A DNA stretch of 64,000 nt from an uncultured Gemmatimonadales bacterium (GTDB lineage: Bacteria > Gemmatimonadota > Gemmatimonadetes > Gemmatimonadales > Gemmatimonadaceae): NCBI GenBank assembly GCA_963701965.1, contig OY969695.1, positions 2,560,001-2,624,000 on the forward strand. Reading direction: 5' to 3'. The position numbers were made by a program, and so were the translations under genes. How positions within the stretch are numbered: the first letter of the stretch is position 1; each line of letters begins with the position of its first letter. Positions 1 to 9,330 of this stretch are shown here, piece by piece. Below the pieces are notes generated by a model. It was given only the letters and a program-made list of their open reading frames with translations. It searched no databases and had not been told where the DNA came from.

Positions 1-269
1 TCGAGAACGCTCTGGCCGAACTTGGCGCCGATCCAATCATCGAGCTCTTCGCGCGTGAATCCGTCGCGCACGGACCCTTCCACGACGCCATGCAGGATGC
101 CGGCGAGCACCGTGTCCTCCGGCTGGCCATATCGCGTGAGAATGACCGCGACATTCGCCGGCCGGGTCAGATACGGCAGAGCCGTACCCTTCCGCACCTG
201 GGTATCGTGATGTTTCGCCGCAAAGGCGAACGCGTGATTGATGCGGTCGGAGTAGCCGGAAATAGTCAA
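1..269 (-). CDS. HD-domain protein of the small alarmone hydrolase (Mesh1/SpoT-HD) type, degenerate motifs; runs off the window
   Basis: Manual translation from TTG at 269: TISGYSDRINHAFAFAAKHHDTQVRKGTALPYLTRPANVAVILTRYGQPEDTVLAGILHGVVEGSVRDG...KFG. This matches the HD_4 pattern (H..Q.RK...PY..HP...LHDVVED) with substitutions. Not in the ORF track. Confidence 0.75.
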   Translation of the reverse strand, partial: MTISGYSDRINHAFAFAAKHHDTQVRKGTALPYLTRPANVAVILTRYGQPEDTVLAGILHGVVEGSVRDGFTREELDDWIGAKFGQSVL

Positions 270-354
270 CGCAGACGCCGAAACGAGAGGGCCAGGGTCG
301 TCGAAGATCGCCAGACGCGAGCCCCCGAGCAAGGGCTTCGGCCCAGTTGGTCCG

Positions 355-804
355 TTACACGTATTGATTCACGACCGCGATGAACCGGGCGTGGAGCGCG
401 AGCAGCGCCGTGCCCTGCACTATTATTCCAAGTCCGGCGCCGATGCCCCCGGCCCGGCGTCCTTGCGTCAGCACGACGGTCGCCAGCACGAGCGTCAACC
501 CCGCGGCGGCGAAGCCAATGTCCAGACCGCTCTCCAGCCACAGGAGACGGCTGAGGCGTGCGGCGGCGCCCAGATCGCGGAGTGCGAGCCCATGTAGACG
601 GCGCGCCGCCACGGCCAGTTCGACGGCGCCCCAAGCAAGCGTTTGGAACGCGAACCCCTGCAAGAGCGGCGAATGCCCCTGACGCCGGCGCAATACCGCC
701 AGCGACGCGAGGACCGCCGTCCCGGCGACGATGGAGATCAGCGCCCACAGCGCGAGTCGCACCAGGTGCGCGCGCTCAGCGAGGAGTAAGGTGTCCGCCC
801 ACAT
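355..804 (-). CDS. Hypothetical membrane protein, about 4 TM helices
   Basis: 149-aa ORF with four hydrophobic segments. TACTTT -10-like box 7 nt before the ATG. Confidence 0.7.
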   Translation of the reverse strand: MWADTLLLAERAHLVRLALWALISIVAGTAVLASLAVLRRRQGHSPLLQGFAFQTLAWGAVELAVAARRLHGLALRDLGAAARLSRLLWLESGLDIGFAAAGLTLVLATVVLTQGRRAGGIGAGLGIIVQGTALLALHARFIAVVNQYV

Positions 805-2461
805 GCCGCCTAAAGTAGCCGATCCGACGTTTCAGGAATGGGCCGAGACGGCCGACGCGATCCGCGCCACGACCAAGCGCCTCGAAAAATCCGCCCTGTT
901 GGAGCACTACTGCGCCGCGCTGCACGGCACCCCGCTGGCGATCGCCGCGCGATTCTTCTCCGGCATCGTGTTCGCCAGGCACGACATGCGCACGACGAAC
1001 GTCGGCGGCACCATCATCTGGCGCGCCCTCGCCGCGCTCACCGGACACCCTCCGGATGAACTGGGCGCCCGCTATCTCGCCCACGGCGATCTCGGCGACC
1101 TGGCCGGCGAGCTGCTGGCCGACCGCGCGCCGAGTGGCATCACGCTCGTCGCGCTCGCCGAGTGGTTCGCGCGGCTCGCCGCGGCCCCCGGCACCAACGC
1201 CCGCCGCGCAATGATCGCCGAACAACTCGGCGCCCTGGGCGGACTGGAGGCCCGGTTCGTCATCAAGCTCCTCGGCGGCGAGCTGCGCATCGGGCTCAAG
1301 GAAGCGCAGGTGGAGGAGGCGCTGGCCCGCGCGTTCGCGCAGACCCTGGGCACCGTGCGCCGCGCCAACCTGCTCCGCGGAGACATCGGCGAAGTGGCGC
1401 AACTCGCCCGCGACGGTCTCTTGGAGACGGCGGTCCTGACGCTGTTTCATCCCATTGGATTCATGCTCGCCCAACCGCTGGCCACCGCCGATGAAATCTT
1501 GGCCACGCTGCCCGCGCCGTTCGCGATCGAGCACAAATACGATGGGATCCGCGCCCAAGCTCACGTGGGCGCCGATCGCGTCGTGCTCTTCTCCCGCACC
1601 TTGGATGACGTGTCACGGGGATATCCCGAAGTCATCGCGGCGCTGTCGCGCGTGCCGTCCGGTCTCGTGCTCGACGGCGAATTGATCGCCTATGATTCGG
1701 ACAATGCGGACGACCCAACACGCGCGCTCCCGTTCCTCGCATTACAGAAAAGGTTGGGCCGCAAATCGCCCGGCGCGACGCTGCTGCAAGAAGTCCCCGT
1801 CGCTCTCGTCGTCTTCGACATCCTGGCCGCGGACGGCGCGCTCGTCATCGACGAGCCATACACCGCGCGGCGCCAACGCCTGGAGGCCATGACCTGGCCG
1901 CCGCCCACGCTCCGCCTGGCACCCGTGATCGTCGCGCAAACCGTCGAAGAGGTCGACGCGGCATTCCGTGACGCGCGAGCGACCGGCAACGAAGGGTTGG
2001 TCGCCAAGGATCGGGCATCGACCTATACCCCCGGCCGCCGCGGCAAAACGTGGATCAAGCTCAAACGCGCCGAGCATACGCTCAATGTGGTGGTGACCGC
2101 CGTCGAGCGCGGACACGGGCGGCGTCGCGACGTGCTCTCCGATTATACATTTGCCGTGCGCGCTTCCGACACGGACCCGACGTTGCTCGACGTCGGCAAG
2201 GCGTACAACGGTCTCACCGACGCGGAGATCGCGGCGATGACGAAACGATTCGAAGACCTCACCATCACGCGGCGCGGCGGGTACCATGTCGTCCAACCCG
2301 AGGTCGTACTGGAAGTCACGTTCGACATCGTGCAGCCGTCGGACCGGCACGCCGCCGGCTACGCCCTGAGGTTTCCGCGCATCGTGCGCATTCGGGACGA
2401 TAAGCCCGTCGCCGAGATCGACACCCTCGATCGCGTGCGCGCGCTAGCGGCGGCGCTCTGA
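803..2461 (+). CDS. lig: ATP-dependent DNA ligase (LigB/archaeal-like)
   Basis: Motifs EHKYDGIR, LDGEL, FDIL, EGLVAK, WIKLK, LRFPR. Start placed at ATG 803. Confidence 0.93.
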   Translation: MPPKVADPTFQEWAETADAIRATTKRLEKSALLEHYCAALHGTPLAIAARFFSGIVFARHDMRTTNVGGTIIWRALAALTGHPPDELGARYLAHGDLGDLAGELLADRAPSGITLVALAEWFARLAAAPGTNARRAMIAEQLGALGGLEARFVIKLLGGELRIGLKEAQVEEALARAFAQTLGTVRRANLLRGDIGEVAQLARDGLLETAVLTLFHPIGFMLAQPLATADEILATLPAPFAIEHKYDGIRAQAHVGADRVVLFSRTLDDVSRGYPEVIAALSRVPSGLVLDGELIAYDSDNADDPTRALPFLALQKRLGRKSPGATLLQEVPVALVVFDILAADGALVIDEPYTARRQRLEAMTWPPPTLRLAPVIVAQTVEEVDAAFRDARATGNEGLVAKDRASTYTPGRRGKTWIKLKRAEHTLNVVVTAVERGHGRRRDVLSDYTFAVRASDTDPTLLDVGKAYNGLTDAEIAAMTKRFEDLTITRRGGYHVVQPEVVLEVTFDIVQPSDRHAAGYALRFPRIVRIRDDKPVAEIDTLDRVRALAAAL

Positions 2462-2952
2462 TGGACGGCGCATCGCGGTTCGCGGTGCGGCTGGCCACGG
2501 CCGCCGACGCCGACGTCATCGCCCGGCACCGGGCCGGGATGTTCCGGGACATGGGCTCCCTCCGCGCCGATGCGTTCGACGCGCTCGTCGCCGCGTCGCG
2601 CACGTATCTCGCGCAGGCGATCTCACGCGGCACCTATCGCGGTTGGCTCGCCGCGCCGGTCGATCGCCCGGACAACATCCTGTCCGGAGCCGGGGTCCAT
2701 ATTCGGGACATCCTGCCCCGACCCGACCGGGCCGGCGGCCTCATGGCCGGCCCCGAGGCGCTCGTGGTCAATGTCTATACCGACCACGGCTGGCGCCGCT
2801 TGGGTCTGGCCGAGATGCTCATGCGCCACATCATCGAGTGGTCGGAGACCAACGGGATCCAGCGCATGGTGCTGCACGCCTCGGACGCCGGCCGGAGCCT
2901 CTATATGCGGCTCGGGTTCAGCCCGACGAACGAGATGCGATACAATCCCTGA
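2461..2952 (+). CDS. GNAT family N-acetyltransferase
   Basis: NVYT...RRLGLA acetyl-CoA motif and LHASDAGRSLY..LGF. TGATG coupling to the ligase. Confidence 0.9.
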   Translation: MDGASRFAVRLATAADADVIARHRAGMFRDMGSLRADAFDALVAASRTYLAQAISRGTYRGWLAAPVDRPDNILSGAGVHIRDILPRPDRAGGLMAGPEALVVNVYTDHGWRRLGLAEMLMRHIIEWSETNGIQRMVLHASDAGRSLYMRLGFSPTNEMRYNP

Positions 2953-3041
2953 ACAAACCTGAACAAACCCGTTGGGCGTCGGTGGTGTCATACCGGTAAC
3001 CACAACAGTTGGAGCACGCTGTGTTACCGATTGACAATCAC

Positions 3042-3647
3042 ATGCTGCGCGCCGCGCTCGTTGGCGCGCTGTTCGGACCGGCCGACACCATCGATCAGCT
3101 GATCGACCAGAAAATTCCGGTGCAACCGGGGGAGCGGCTCGTCATCGGGCTGGGCACCGGAGGCGCGGTCGAGATTATCGGATGGCACGAGCCGGCCGTG
3201 TCGGTCGTGGCCGCCTTGCGGGACGGCGCCTGTCCCGACGGCCGGATGACCGTATCGCGGGAGAACGGTACCGTGTCGGTGACGTCGACGTTGCCGGACG
3301 GCGCGGGCCATCGCGTGTGCGCCGTGCCCGATGTCATCGCGATCAAGGTCCCCGATCACTTCGACGTCTCGATCGAGTCGAATGGCGGCGGCGTGACCAT
3401 CGCGGGCGTGTCGGGACGGATCGAAGGCACGACAAACGGCGGGAACGTGTCGCTGGCCCGCCTGGACGGACGCGTACATCTCACCACCATGGGGGGCGAC
3501 GTCGCCGTGACGGCATCGCATCTCGAGGGATCCGTGCATACGCTGAGCGGCCACGTCACGTTCACGGACGTCTCGGGCGGCGTGCACGGCGTGTCGGACT
3601 CCGACGGAGGGGACGTTACGGGCGGGGCGACAGGCGGCCACGGCTGA
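3042..3647 (+). CDS. DUF4097/putative adhesin beta-strand repeat protein
   Basis: Repeated SNGGGVTI / TNGGNVSL / TMGGDVAV / TLSGHVTF motifs after IKVPDHFDV. Start uncertain (3009 or 3042). Confidence 0.75.
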   Translation: MLRAALVGALFGPADTIDQLIDQKIPVQPGERLVIGLGTGGAVEIIGWHEPAVSVVAALRDGACPDGRMTVSRENGTVSVTSTLPDGAGHRVCAVPDVIAIKVPDHFDVSIESNGGGVTIAGVSGRIEGTTNGGNVSLARLDGRVHLTTMGGDVAVTASHLEGSVHTLSGHVTFTDVSGGVHGVSDSDGGDVTGGATGGHG

Positions 3648-5290
3648 CCGGCCGGTTCACGCGGTGGGGCGCCACGGGAGCAGCGTCGGCGTCCCAGAGG
3701 ACCACGCCAGCGAGGCGCATGCCGGACGCGCGCAAACTCTCGGCCGACGCCGCGAGGCGGGCCAGCGTGGTGTACGCGATGCGCGCGCAGAGCACGGCGG
3801 CCGACCCCGGCAACACGCTCTGGGGACCCACTTGCGACACGCCCTCCGGCGCCACGACGATCATGATGTCGTAGCGACGGGCCAGCCGCGTGAGATCATC
3901 GCGCAACACCGGGCCGGCGGCCGCCGGCGGATGACTGTCCGGCACGCGCTCGCTGCCCGCGGGAATCACATCCAGTCCCCGTTCGCGCCCGATCGTCACC
4001 GTCGTGATCGCATCGGCCCAAGCGACCATTCCGCCGAGGACATCGGCGACGCCCGGCGCCAACCGCGCCCCCACGATGCTGGTCGCCGACGCGGCGTCGT
4101 GCTCGGCGTCGACGAGGAGCGTGCTCCGCGAGTCATAGACCGCCGCGACCGCGATGTTCGCCGCGACCGTGGCCACGATCTCCGCTTCCTCACCGGCGAC
4201 GGTAACTATAGGCAGCTCGGCCTCGACGCGCGTGTTGACGAGATCGAGATACAGAAGTCGATATTGCGCCGACGTCGCGTCGATGAGCGGAGACAGCGCG
4301 CGATCCGTACTGCGGCGCGAGCGCTCGGGATTGGGCTTGGGCAGCGCCAGCACGGCCAGCGTGCGCGTCCCGGTCAACCGCTCGGCCTCGCCACCGTCGG
4401 CGACCCGCGGCTGCCGCGCCTCCTGCGCGAAGGTCACGGCGAAGCCAATGGCGGCGCCCAGCACGAGCGCGGCGGCCAGCAGCGCGATCGGCGGCGCACT
4501 GACGTTGGCCAGCTCACGCGCCCGCTCGACGCGCTGATCGAGCGCGGCGATGCGAACGCGCCCCGCCGCCACGCCCGCCCGCGCCACGGAATCCGCGGCC
4601 AGCAACGAGTCGAGCTTGACGTGGGCGCGCAGGGTTTCCGCCGCGACCACCGGCGCCGACGGGAGCGAGCCGCCGAGCACCGCCAGCTGCGCGCGCAACG
4701 CGCTGCGCTTGTCATCGCCAATGGCCACCAGCGAGCGCCCGATGGCGTTGAGCCGCGCGGTCAGCGCCACGAAGATCGGGTCCACGCCGCCCGCGCTGCC
4801 GAACGCCTCGCGCGCGCGTTGAATGTCGCCGAGCGAGTCGAGGAGGATGGGGACGCGCGGGTCGGCGCGCAGCGGATGGGTGGCCGCCAACGCGCGGTAC
4901 GACGCGGGGAGCGGCGACAGCTCGACGCGACCCAGCGCCCGCGTCAGCTCGCCGAGCGCGGCCGCCAGCGAGTCACGGCGCGCGGACAGCGCCGGCGCCA
5001 GCGTATCGGCCGCCGCGAGACGCAGGGCCCGCGCCCGCGAGCGAGCCAGGGCCGAGTCCGCGGCCGCCACGGCCGCGGCGCTCGAATCCGCGCGCCGCAA
5101 TAATCCGGTCGTGTCCGGATACTCCCCCGGCCGGGGAAGGAGGAGGCGCGCACTGCGCGTGGTTTGCCGCGGGATGAACGCCAGCGCGACGAGCGCGGTC
5201 ACGAAGACCGCGAGACTCACCCCCCGATGCGCAGCGGGCGGCGGAGCGCGTTACGCGCTCGCGCCGCCAGCCATCGGGGCAGCGGAATGT
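3616..5290 (-). CDS. Wzc/CpsD-like membrane protein with degenerate P-loop domain; apparent frameshift near 5221
   Basis: TM, coiled coil, TM, then a CpsD/CapB-like domain (TLLVDA, GVADVL, LDVIPAG, RRYDIMIV). An N-terminal WLAARARNALRRPLRIG segment lies in another frame upstream of a G5 run. Start is approximate. Confidence 0.7.
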
Positions 5291-5331
5291 TCGAGGAAAC
5301 GGGGAGCGAAGCGCCCAGTTGCCCCTTCCGG

Positions 5332-5856
5332 CTACTGGACGGTGATCGTCCCCCGCATGCCCAGCGCCAAATGCGGCGTGCAGTAGTACGAGTACTTGCC
5401 CGGCTTCACACCCGCGAACGACACCGTGTACGTGTCATTCGGATTGATGAGGAGCGGTCCGATGAGCGGAGACGTGGTGTGCGGCATGTTCGCCCCCAGC
5501 TGCGACGCCGTCCCGGCGGGAATGCTGTCCGACCAGAACGACACGTTGTGCGGGCCGCCGGTGACGTTGGTCCACTTCACGCCATCGCCAACCTTGATCG
5601 TGATGTTCATCGGGTCTTCCCGATACCCCTGCGCGTCGCCCACCATCTTGACCTCGACGGTCTTGCCGGTGATCGCGGCGACCGCACCAGCCGCGCCTGC
5701 CGGAGCCGCGCCGCCTGGCGCGGGAGCCGGGGCCGCCGCCGCGGCCGCGGTGTCGGTCTTGGCGGCGGCGTTGTCGCCCGCGCCTTTGTCACCGCCACCA
5801 CACGCGCCGAGCGCCGCCGCCGCGGTTGCCGCGAGGATCAGCCCGTAAATCCGCAT
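5332..5856 (-). CDS. Plastocyanin/azurin-family blue copper lipoprotein
   Basis: Lipobox LGAC, Ala/Pro linker, type-1 Cu ligands GPHNV and YYCTPHLALGM. GGAGG RBS upstream. Confidence 0.92.
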   Translation of the reverse strand: MRIYGLILAATAAAALGACGGGDKGAGDNAAAKTDTAAAAAAPAPAPGGAAPAGAAGAVAAITGKTVEVKMVGDAQGYREDPMNITIKVGDGVKWTNVTGGPHNVSFWSDSIPAGTASQLGANMPHTTSPLIGPLLINPNDTYTVSFAGVKPGKYSYYCTPHLALGMRGTITVQ

Positions 5857-5900
5857 GTCACAACCTCCAATATCGTTCACGTTTAATGATCGCCTTAGCC

Positions 5901-5918
5901 TTGTGAAGTTATTCACAA
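5901..5918. promoter_or_regulatory. Rex-type operator TTGTGAA-N4-TTCACAA overlapping the -10 box of the blue copper gene promoter
   Basis: Perfect inverted repeat TTGTGAAGTTATTCACAA. Minus-strand promoter TTGAAA (5934-5929), 17-bp spacer, TAACTT (5911-5906). Confidence 0.8.
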
Positions 5919-5962
5919 AGTGGCCCAATTTCAATCTGGATCGCCTCTGACGCCGTATCACA

Positions 5963-5991
5963 TTGACGTGTCACCACGTGCGCTCTAGCTT
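5963..5991 (+). promoter_or_regulatory. sigma70-type promoter of the his operon
   Basis: TTGACG, 17-bp spacer, TAGCTT, ending 7 nt before the leader-peptide ATG. Confidence 0.75.
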
Positions 5992-5998
5992 GGTTCCC

Positions 5999-6091
5999 AT
6001 GTCTACCGCACGGCGTCACCACCATCATGCGCAGCACAGCCATGGCCCGACGGGCCCTGGTGTTCGCTCGCGTGCCTGCTCGGTGGTGTAG
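5999..6091 (+). CDS. hisL: his operon leader peptide (30 aa)
   Basis: MSTARRHHHHAQHSHGPTGPGVRSRACSVV*, six His codons with four in tandem, directly upstream of hisG. Confidence 0.88.
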   Translation: MSTARRHHHHAQHSHGPTGPGVRSRACSVV

Positions 6092-6118
6092 CGCCGGATT
6101 ACGCGACAGTCGAACCCC

Positions 6119-6151
6119 AAGGCCCGTCCGAATGGACGGGCCTTTTTTGTT
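6119..6151 (+). terminator. his attenuator terminator hairpin
   Basis: AAGGCCCGTCC-GAAT-GGACGGGCCTT followed by TTTTGTT. The leader segment GACGGGCC (6049-6056) can pair with the 5' arm as an antiterminator. Confidence 0.88.
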
Positions 6152-6174
6152 GGCGTACTCTCGAACCCGTTCTC

Positions 6175-7032
6175 ATGCTTCGCATTGCCCTTCCCAACAA
6201 AGGCCGTCTCGCCAATGAGGCGCGCGCGCTGTTCGCCAATGCCGGACTCGGGGTCCGCGGCGGCAACGACCGCGCCCTCACGGCCTCGCTCGGCGGCGAG
6301 TTTCAAGCGCTGTTCGTCCGCGCCCAAGATGTCGCCGAGTTCGTCGCCGACGGCGCCGCGGACGCCGGTGTCACCGGGTGGGACCTGGTCGCCGAGTCGG
6401 AACGCACGCTGGACACGCTGCTCGATCTCGAGTTCGGGCGCTGCCGCCTCGTCGTGGCGTCGCACGAAGACAGCGGAATCGCATCGCTCGACGACATGGC
6501 GCACACATCCCCGCGCGTGGCCACGGTCTTCCCCCGACTGACGCGGCGCTTCTTCGATGGAACGGGCTATCCGGTGACGATCGTCCCGGTGTCCGGCGCC
6601 GCCGAGGTCGCGCCCCACTTGGGGATCGCCGATATCGTCGTGGATCTGACGTCGAGCGGGTCGACACTCAAGGTGAACGGGCTGCGCGAGCTGGCCACGA
6701 TCCTCGACTCGACGGCGCGACTCATCGCCGCCCCGGCGGCCGGCGCGCGGCGCCGCGGCCTCGACGAGCTGTGCACGGCGCTCGATTCGGTCGTGCGAGG
6801 ACGCTCGGCGCGCTATCTCATGGCCAACGTGCCACGCGCGGCGTTGGACCGCGTGACCGCCGTCCTGCCGGGCCTCAACGGGCCCACGGTCATCGACATC
6901 CAGAACGGTCACACGATGGTCGCGGTGCACGCGGTCGTTCCCGCCGACGGCATCTATCGCACCATCGGTGCCCTCAAGGCGCTCGGCGCCGAAGGCGTGC
7001 TCGTGACCCGCATCGAGCGGCTGATGCCATGA
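6175..7032 (+). CDS. hisG: ATP phosphoribosyltransferase (long form)
   Basis: MLRIALPNKGRL, DAGVTGWD, DLEFGRCRL, ADIVVDLTSSGSTL, plus the C-terminal regulatory domain. Confidence 0.97.
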   Translation: MLRIALPNKGRLANEARALFANAGLGVRGGNDRALTASLGGEFQALFVRAQDVAEFVADGAADAGVTGWDLVAESERTLDTLLDLEFGRCRLVVASHEDSGIASLDDMAHTSPRVATVFPRLTRRFFDGTGYPVTIVPVSGAAEVAPHLGIADIVVDLTSSGSTLKVNGLRELATILDSTARLIAAPAAGARRRGLDELCTALDSVVRGRSARYLMANVPRAALDRVTAVLPGLNGPTVIDIQNGHTMVAVHAVVPADGIYRTIGALKALGAEGVLVTRIERLMP

Positions 7033-8297
7033 CGGTCTTCTCCTGCATCGGCTCGATCGCCGCGGGCGCGTCGGCGCTCGGCGATCGTTCCACGTCGGCC
7101 AATGACGCCATCCGAACCGAGACCGCCGCCATCATCGCCCGCGTGCGGCGCGATGGCGACGAGGCGCTCCGCGCGTTGGCGCGCACACTGGATGGCGTGG
7201 AGCTCGAGGCGCTCGAGGTGCCGCGCCGGGCGTGGGATGCGGCGCTGGCATCGACGAGTCCGGCGCTGTATCAGGCCATGGAGCGGGCGATTCGGAACAT
7301 CGAGCGCGCGCATCAGGCTTTTCGTCCCGTGGGCAGCGAGATCGAGACGGAGCCCGGCGTGACGGTCGGCCGGCGTCCCGACGCATTACATCGCGTCGGC
7401 GTGTACGCGCCGGGCGGGCGCGCGACGTATCCCAGCAGCCTGTTGATGGGCGCAATTCCGGCCCGGGTGGCCGGCGTCCGGGAGGTGATCGTGTGCTCGC
7501 CTCGTCCATCGTCCGCCATCCTCGCCGCTGCCGCGCTCGCCGGCGTCGATCGCGTGTTCGCCGTCGGCGGCGCCGGCGCGATCGCGGCGATGGCGTACGG
7601 GACGGAGACCGTTCCCCGCGTCGATCGCATCGTCGGTCCCGGCAACGCCTACGTGGCCGAGGCCAAGCTGCAACTCGCCGGCGTGGTCGCCAGCGAGGCG
7701 CCGGCGGGCCCGAGCGAGCTCCTCGTCATCGCCGACGCCACCGCCAGTCCGGATGGGATCGCCCGCGAGGTCCTGGCCCAGGCCGAGCACGATCCACGTG
7801 CCGCCGTCGTCGTGGTGGGGATCGGAAGCCCAGTGACCAGTCGGATCGGCGACGCCGTGGCCGCGATGATCGCGGGCGCCGAGCGCCGGTCGATCATCGC
7901 CGAGGCGCTGGCGACGCGCGGCGCGCTGCTCGTGGCCGAAAACGTCGGAGAGGCCGTGCAGTTCGCGAATACCTGGGCGCCCGAGCATCTCCTGCTGGCG
8001 ATCGCCGAGCCAATGGCCGCGCTCGGCGACGTCCGGAACGCCGGCACGGTGTTTCTCGGCGAGTCCAGTTCGGTCGCGTTCGGGGACTATGTCACGGGCG
8101 CGAATCACGTCCTTCCAACGGGCGGGCTTGCGCGTTCGTACAACGGTCTGTCAACGTCCGATTTCGTGCGGTGGACGACCTATCAGCGGGTTGACCCGGA
8201 AGCGGCGGCTCGTCTGGCGCTGGACACATCTGTGTTCGCCGAGGCCGAACGTCTCACCGCGCACGCCGCCGCGGCGCGCGCATGGGAGAAACGATGA
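7029..8297 (+). CDS. hisD: Histidinol dehydrogenase
   Basis: VGVYAPGG, YPSSLLM, GPGNAYVAEAK, AGPSE, QAEHD, APEHL, GDYVTGANHVLPT. ATGA overlap with hisG. Confidence 0.97.
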   Translation: MTVFSCIGSIAAGASALGDRSTSANDAIRTETAAIIARVRRDGDEALRALARTLDGVELEALEVPRRAWDAALASTSPALYQAMERAIRNIERAHQAFRPVGSEIETEPGVTVGRRPDALHRVGVYAPGGRATYPSSLLMGAIPARVAGVREVIVCSPRPSSAILAAAALAGVDRVFAVGGAGAIAAMAYGTETVPRVDRIVGPGNAYVAEAKLQLAGVVASEAPAGPSELLVIADATASPDGIAREVLAQAEHDPRAAVVVVGIGSPVTSRIGDAVAAMIAGAERRSIIAEALATRGALLVAENVGEAVQFANTWAPEHLLLAIAEPMAALGDVRNAGTVFLGESSSVAFGDYVTGANHVLPTGGLARSYNGLSTSDFVRWTTYQRVDPEAAARLALDTSVFAEAERLTAHAAAARAWEKR

Positions 8298-9328
8298 GAG
8301 CCGCCTATCGCGACGTCGCGCTCTATGTCAACGAGAAACCGCCGTGCCCGGTCGACCTCAGCGACAATACGAACCTGTGGGGGATGCCGCCCGCCGCGGC
8401 CGAGGCGGCAGCGCGCGCGGCGGTAGCGTCCACGCGGTATCCGACGGTTTACGCCGGGGCGCTCAAACGGGCGATTGCCGAGTACCTCGGCGTCACGCCC
8501 GACATGATCGTCACTGGCTGCGGGTCGGACAATGTGCTGGACTCGGCCATCCGGGCCCTGGCCGAGCCGGGAGACCGGTTCGCGCATCCGGACCCGACGT
8601 TCCCGATGGCGGCGACATTCGCGCGCATGAATGCCCTGGAGCCCATCGGCGTGCCACTGACGGCGGGATGGGACGCCAACGCCGCCGCTTTTCTCGACAC
8701 CGGCGCGCGCCTCACCTACCTCTGCTCGCCCAACAATCCGAACGGCGGTGCGTTCTCCCGCGACGCCGTGGCGGATGTGGTCGCCGGTGCGGCCGGAGTC
8801 GTCGTGATCGACGAAGCCTATGGTGAGTTCGCCGACCGGTATGACATCGATCTTCTTGCGCGCTCGGATCGCCTCGTCATCGTGCGGACTCTGTCCAAGG
8901 CGTTCGGGCTCGCGGGCCTCCGCATCGGCTACGCCGTTGGCACGCCGGCGCTCGTGGCCGAGATCGAGAAGTCGCGTGGTCCCTACAAGGTCAACGTCGT
9001 CGCCGAGCGCGCGGCCGTGGCCGCGCTGACGGAAGACCTGGAATGGGTGTCGGCCCGGATCGCCGAAGTCCGCCAGAACCGGCGGCGCTTCGCGGCGGCC
9101 GCGGCGGCGATCGGCCCATATGATCCGTTGCCCACGGATGCCAACTTTGTGCTGCTCCGGATCACGGAGCTCGACCTGGGAAGCCGCGAGGTCGCGCTGC
9201 GGTTGCGCCAGCGCGGCATCGCTGTGAGGCCGTATACAGGTCTGTCCGGGATCGGGGAGGCGGTGCGTGTCACGATCGGACCGTGGGACCTGATGGAAGA
9301 GTGCCTCGCGGCGCTGGGGAGTGCCTGA
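8294..9328 (+). CDS. hisC: Histidinol-phosphate aminotransferase
   Basis: SPNNPNG, IDEAYGEF, RTLSKAFGLAGLRIGY. Confidence 0.95.
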   Translation: MRAAYRDVALYVNEKPPCPVDLSDNTNLWGMPPAAAEAAARAAVASTRYPTVYAGALKRAIAEYLGVTPDMIVTGCGSDNVLDSAIRALAEPGDRFAHPDPTFPMAATFARMNALEPIGVPLTAGWDANAAAFLDTGARLTYLCSPNNPNGGAFSRDAVADVVAGAAGVVVIDEAYGEFADRYDIDLLARSDRLVIVRTLSKAFGLAGLRIGYAVGTPALVAEIEKSRGPYKVNVVAERAAVAALTEDLEWVSARIAEVRQNRRRFAAAAAAIGPYDPLPTDANFVLLRITELDLGSREVALRLRQRGIAVRPYTGLSGIGEAVRVTIGPWDLMEECLAALGSA

Positions 9329-9330
9329 AC

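Noticed and set aside
803..2461. ATP-dependent ligase as a sign of a prophage or NHEJ locus
   Set aside because: No Ku, polymerase, nuclease or phage genes are adjacent, and its composition matches the host.
2948..2993. CCTGAACAAA x2 and a possible ECF promoter (GAAC...GTCATA) before the DUF4097 gene
   Set aside because: Too short and degenerate to support without a known sigma motif.
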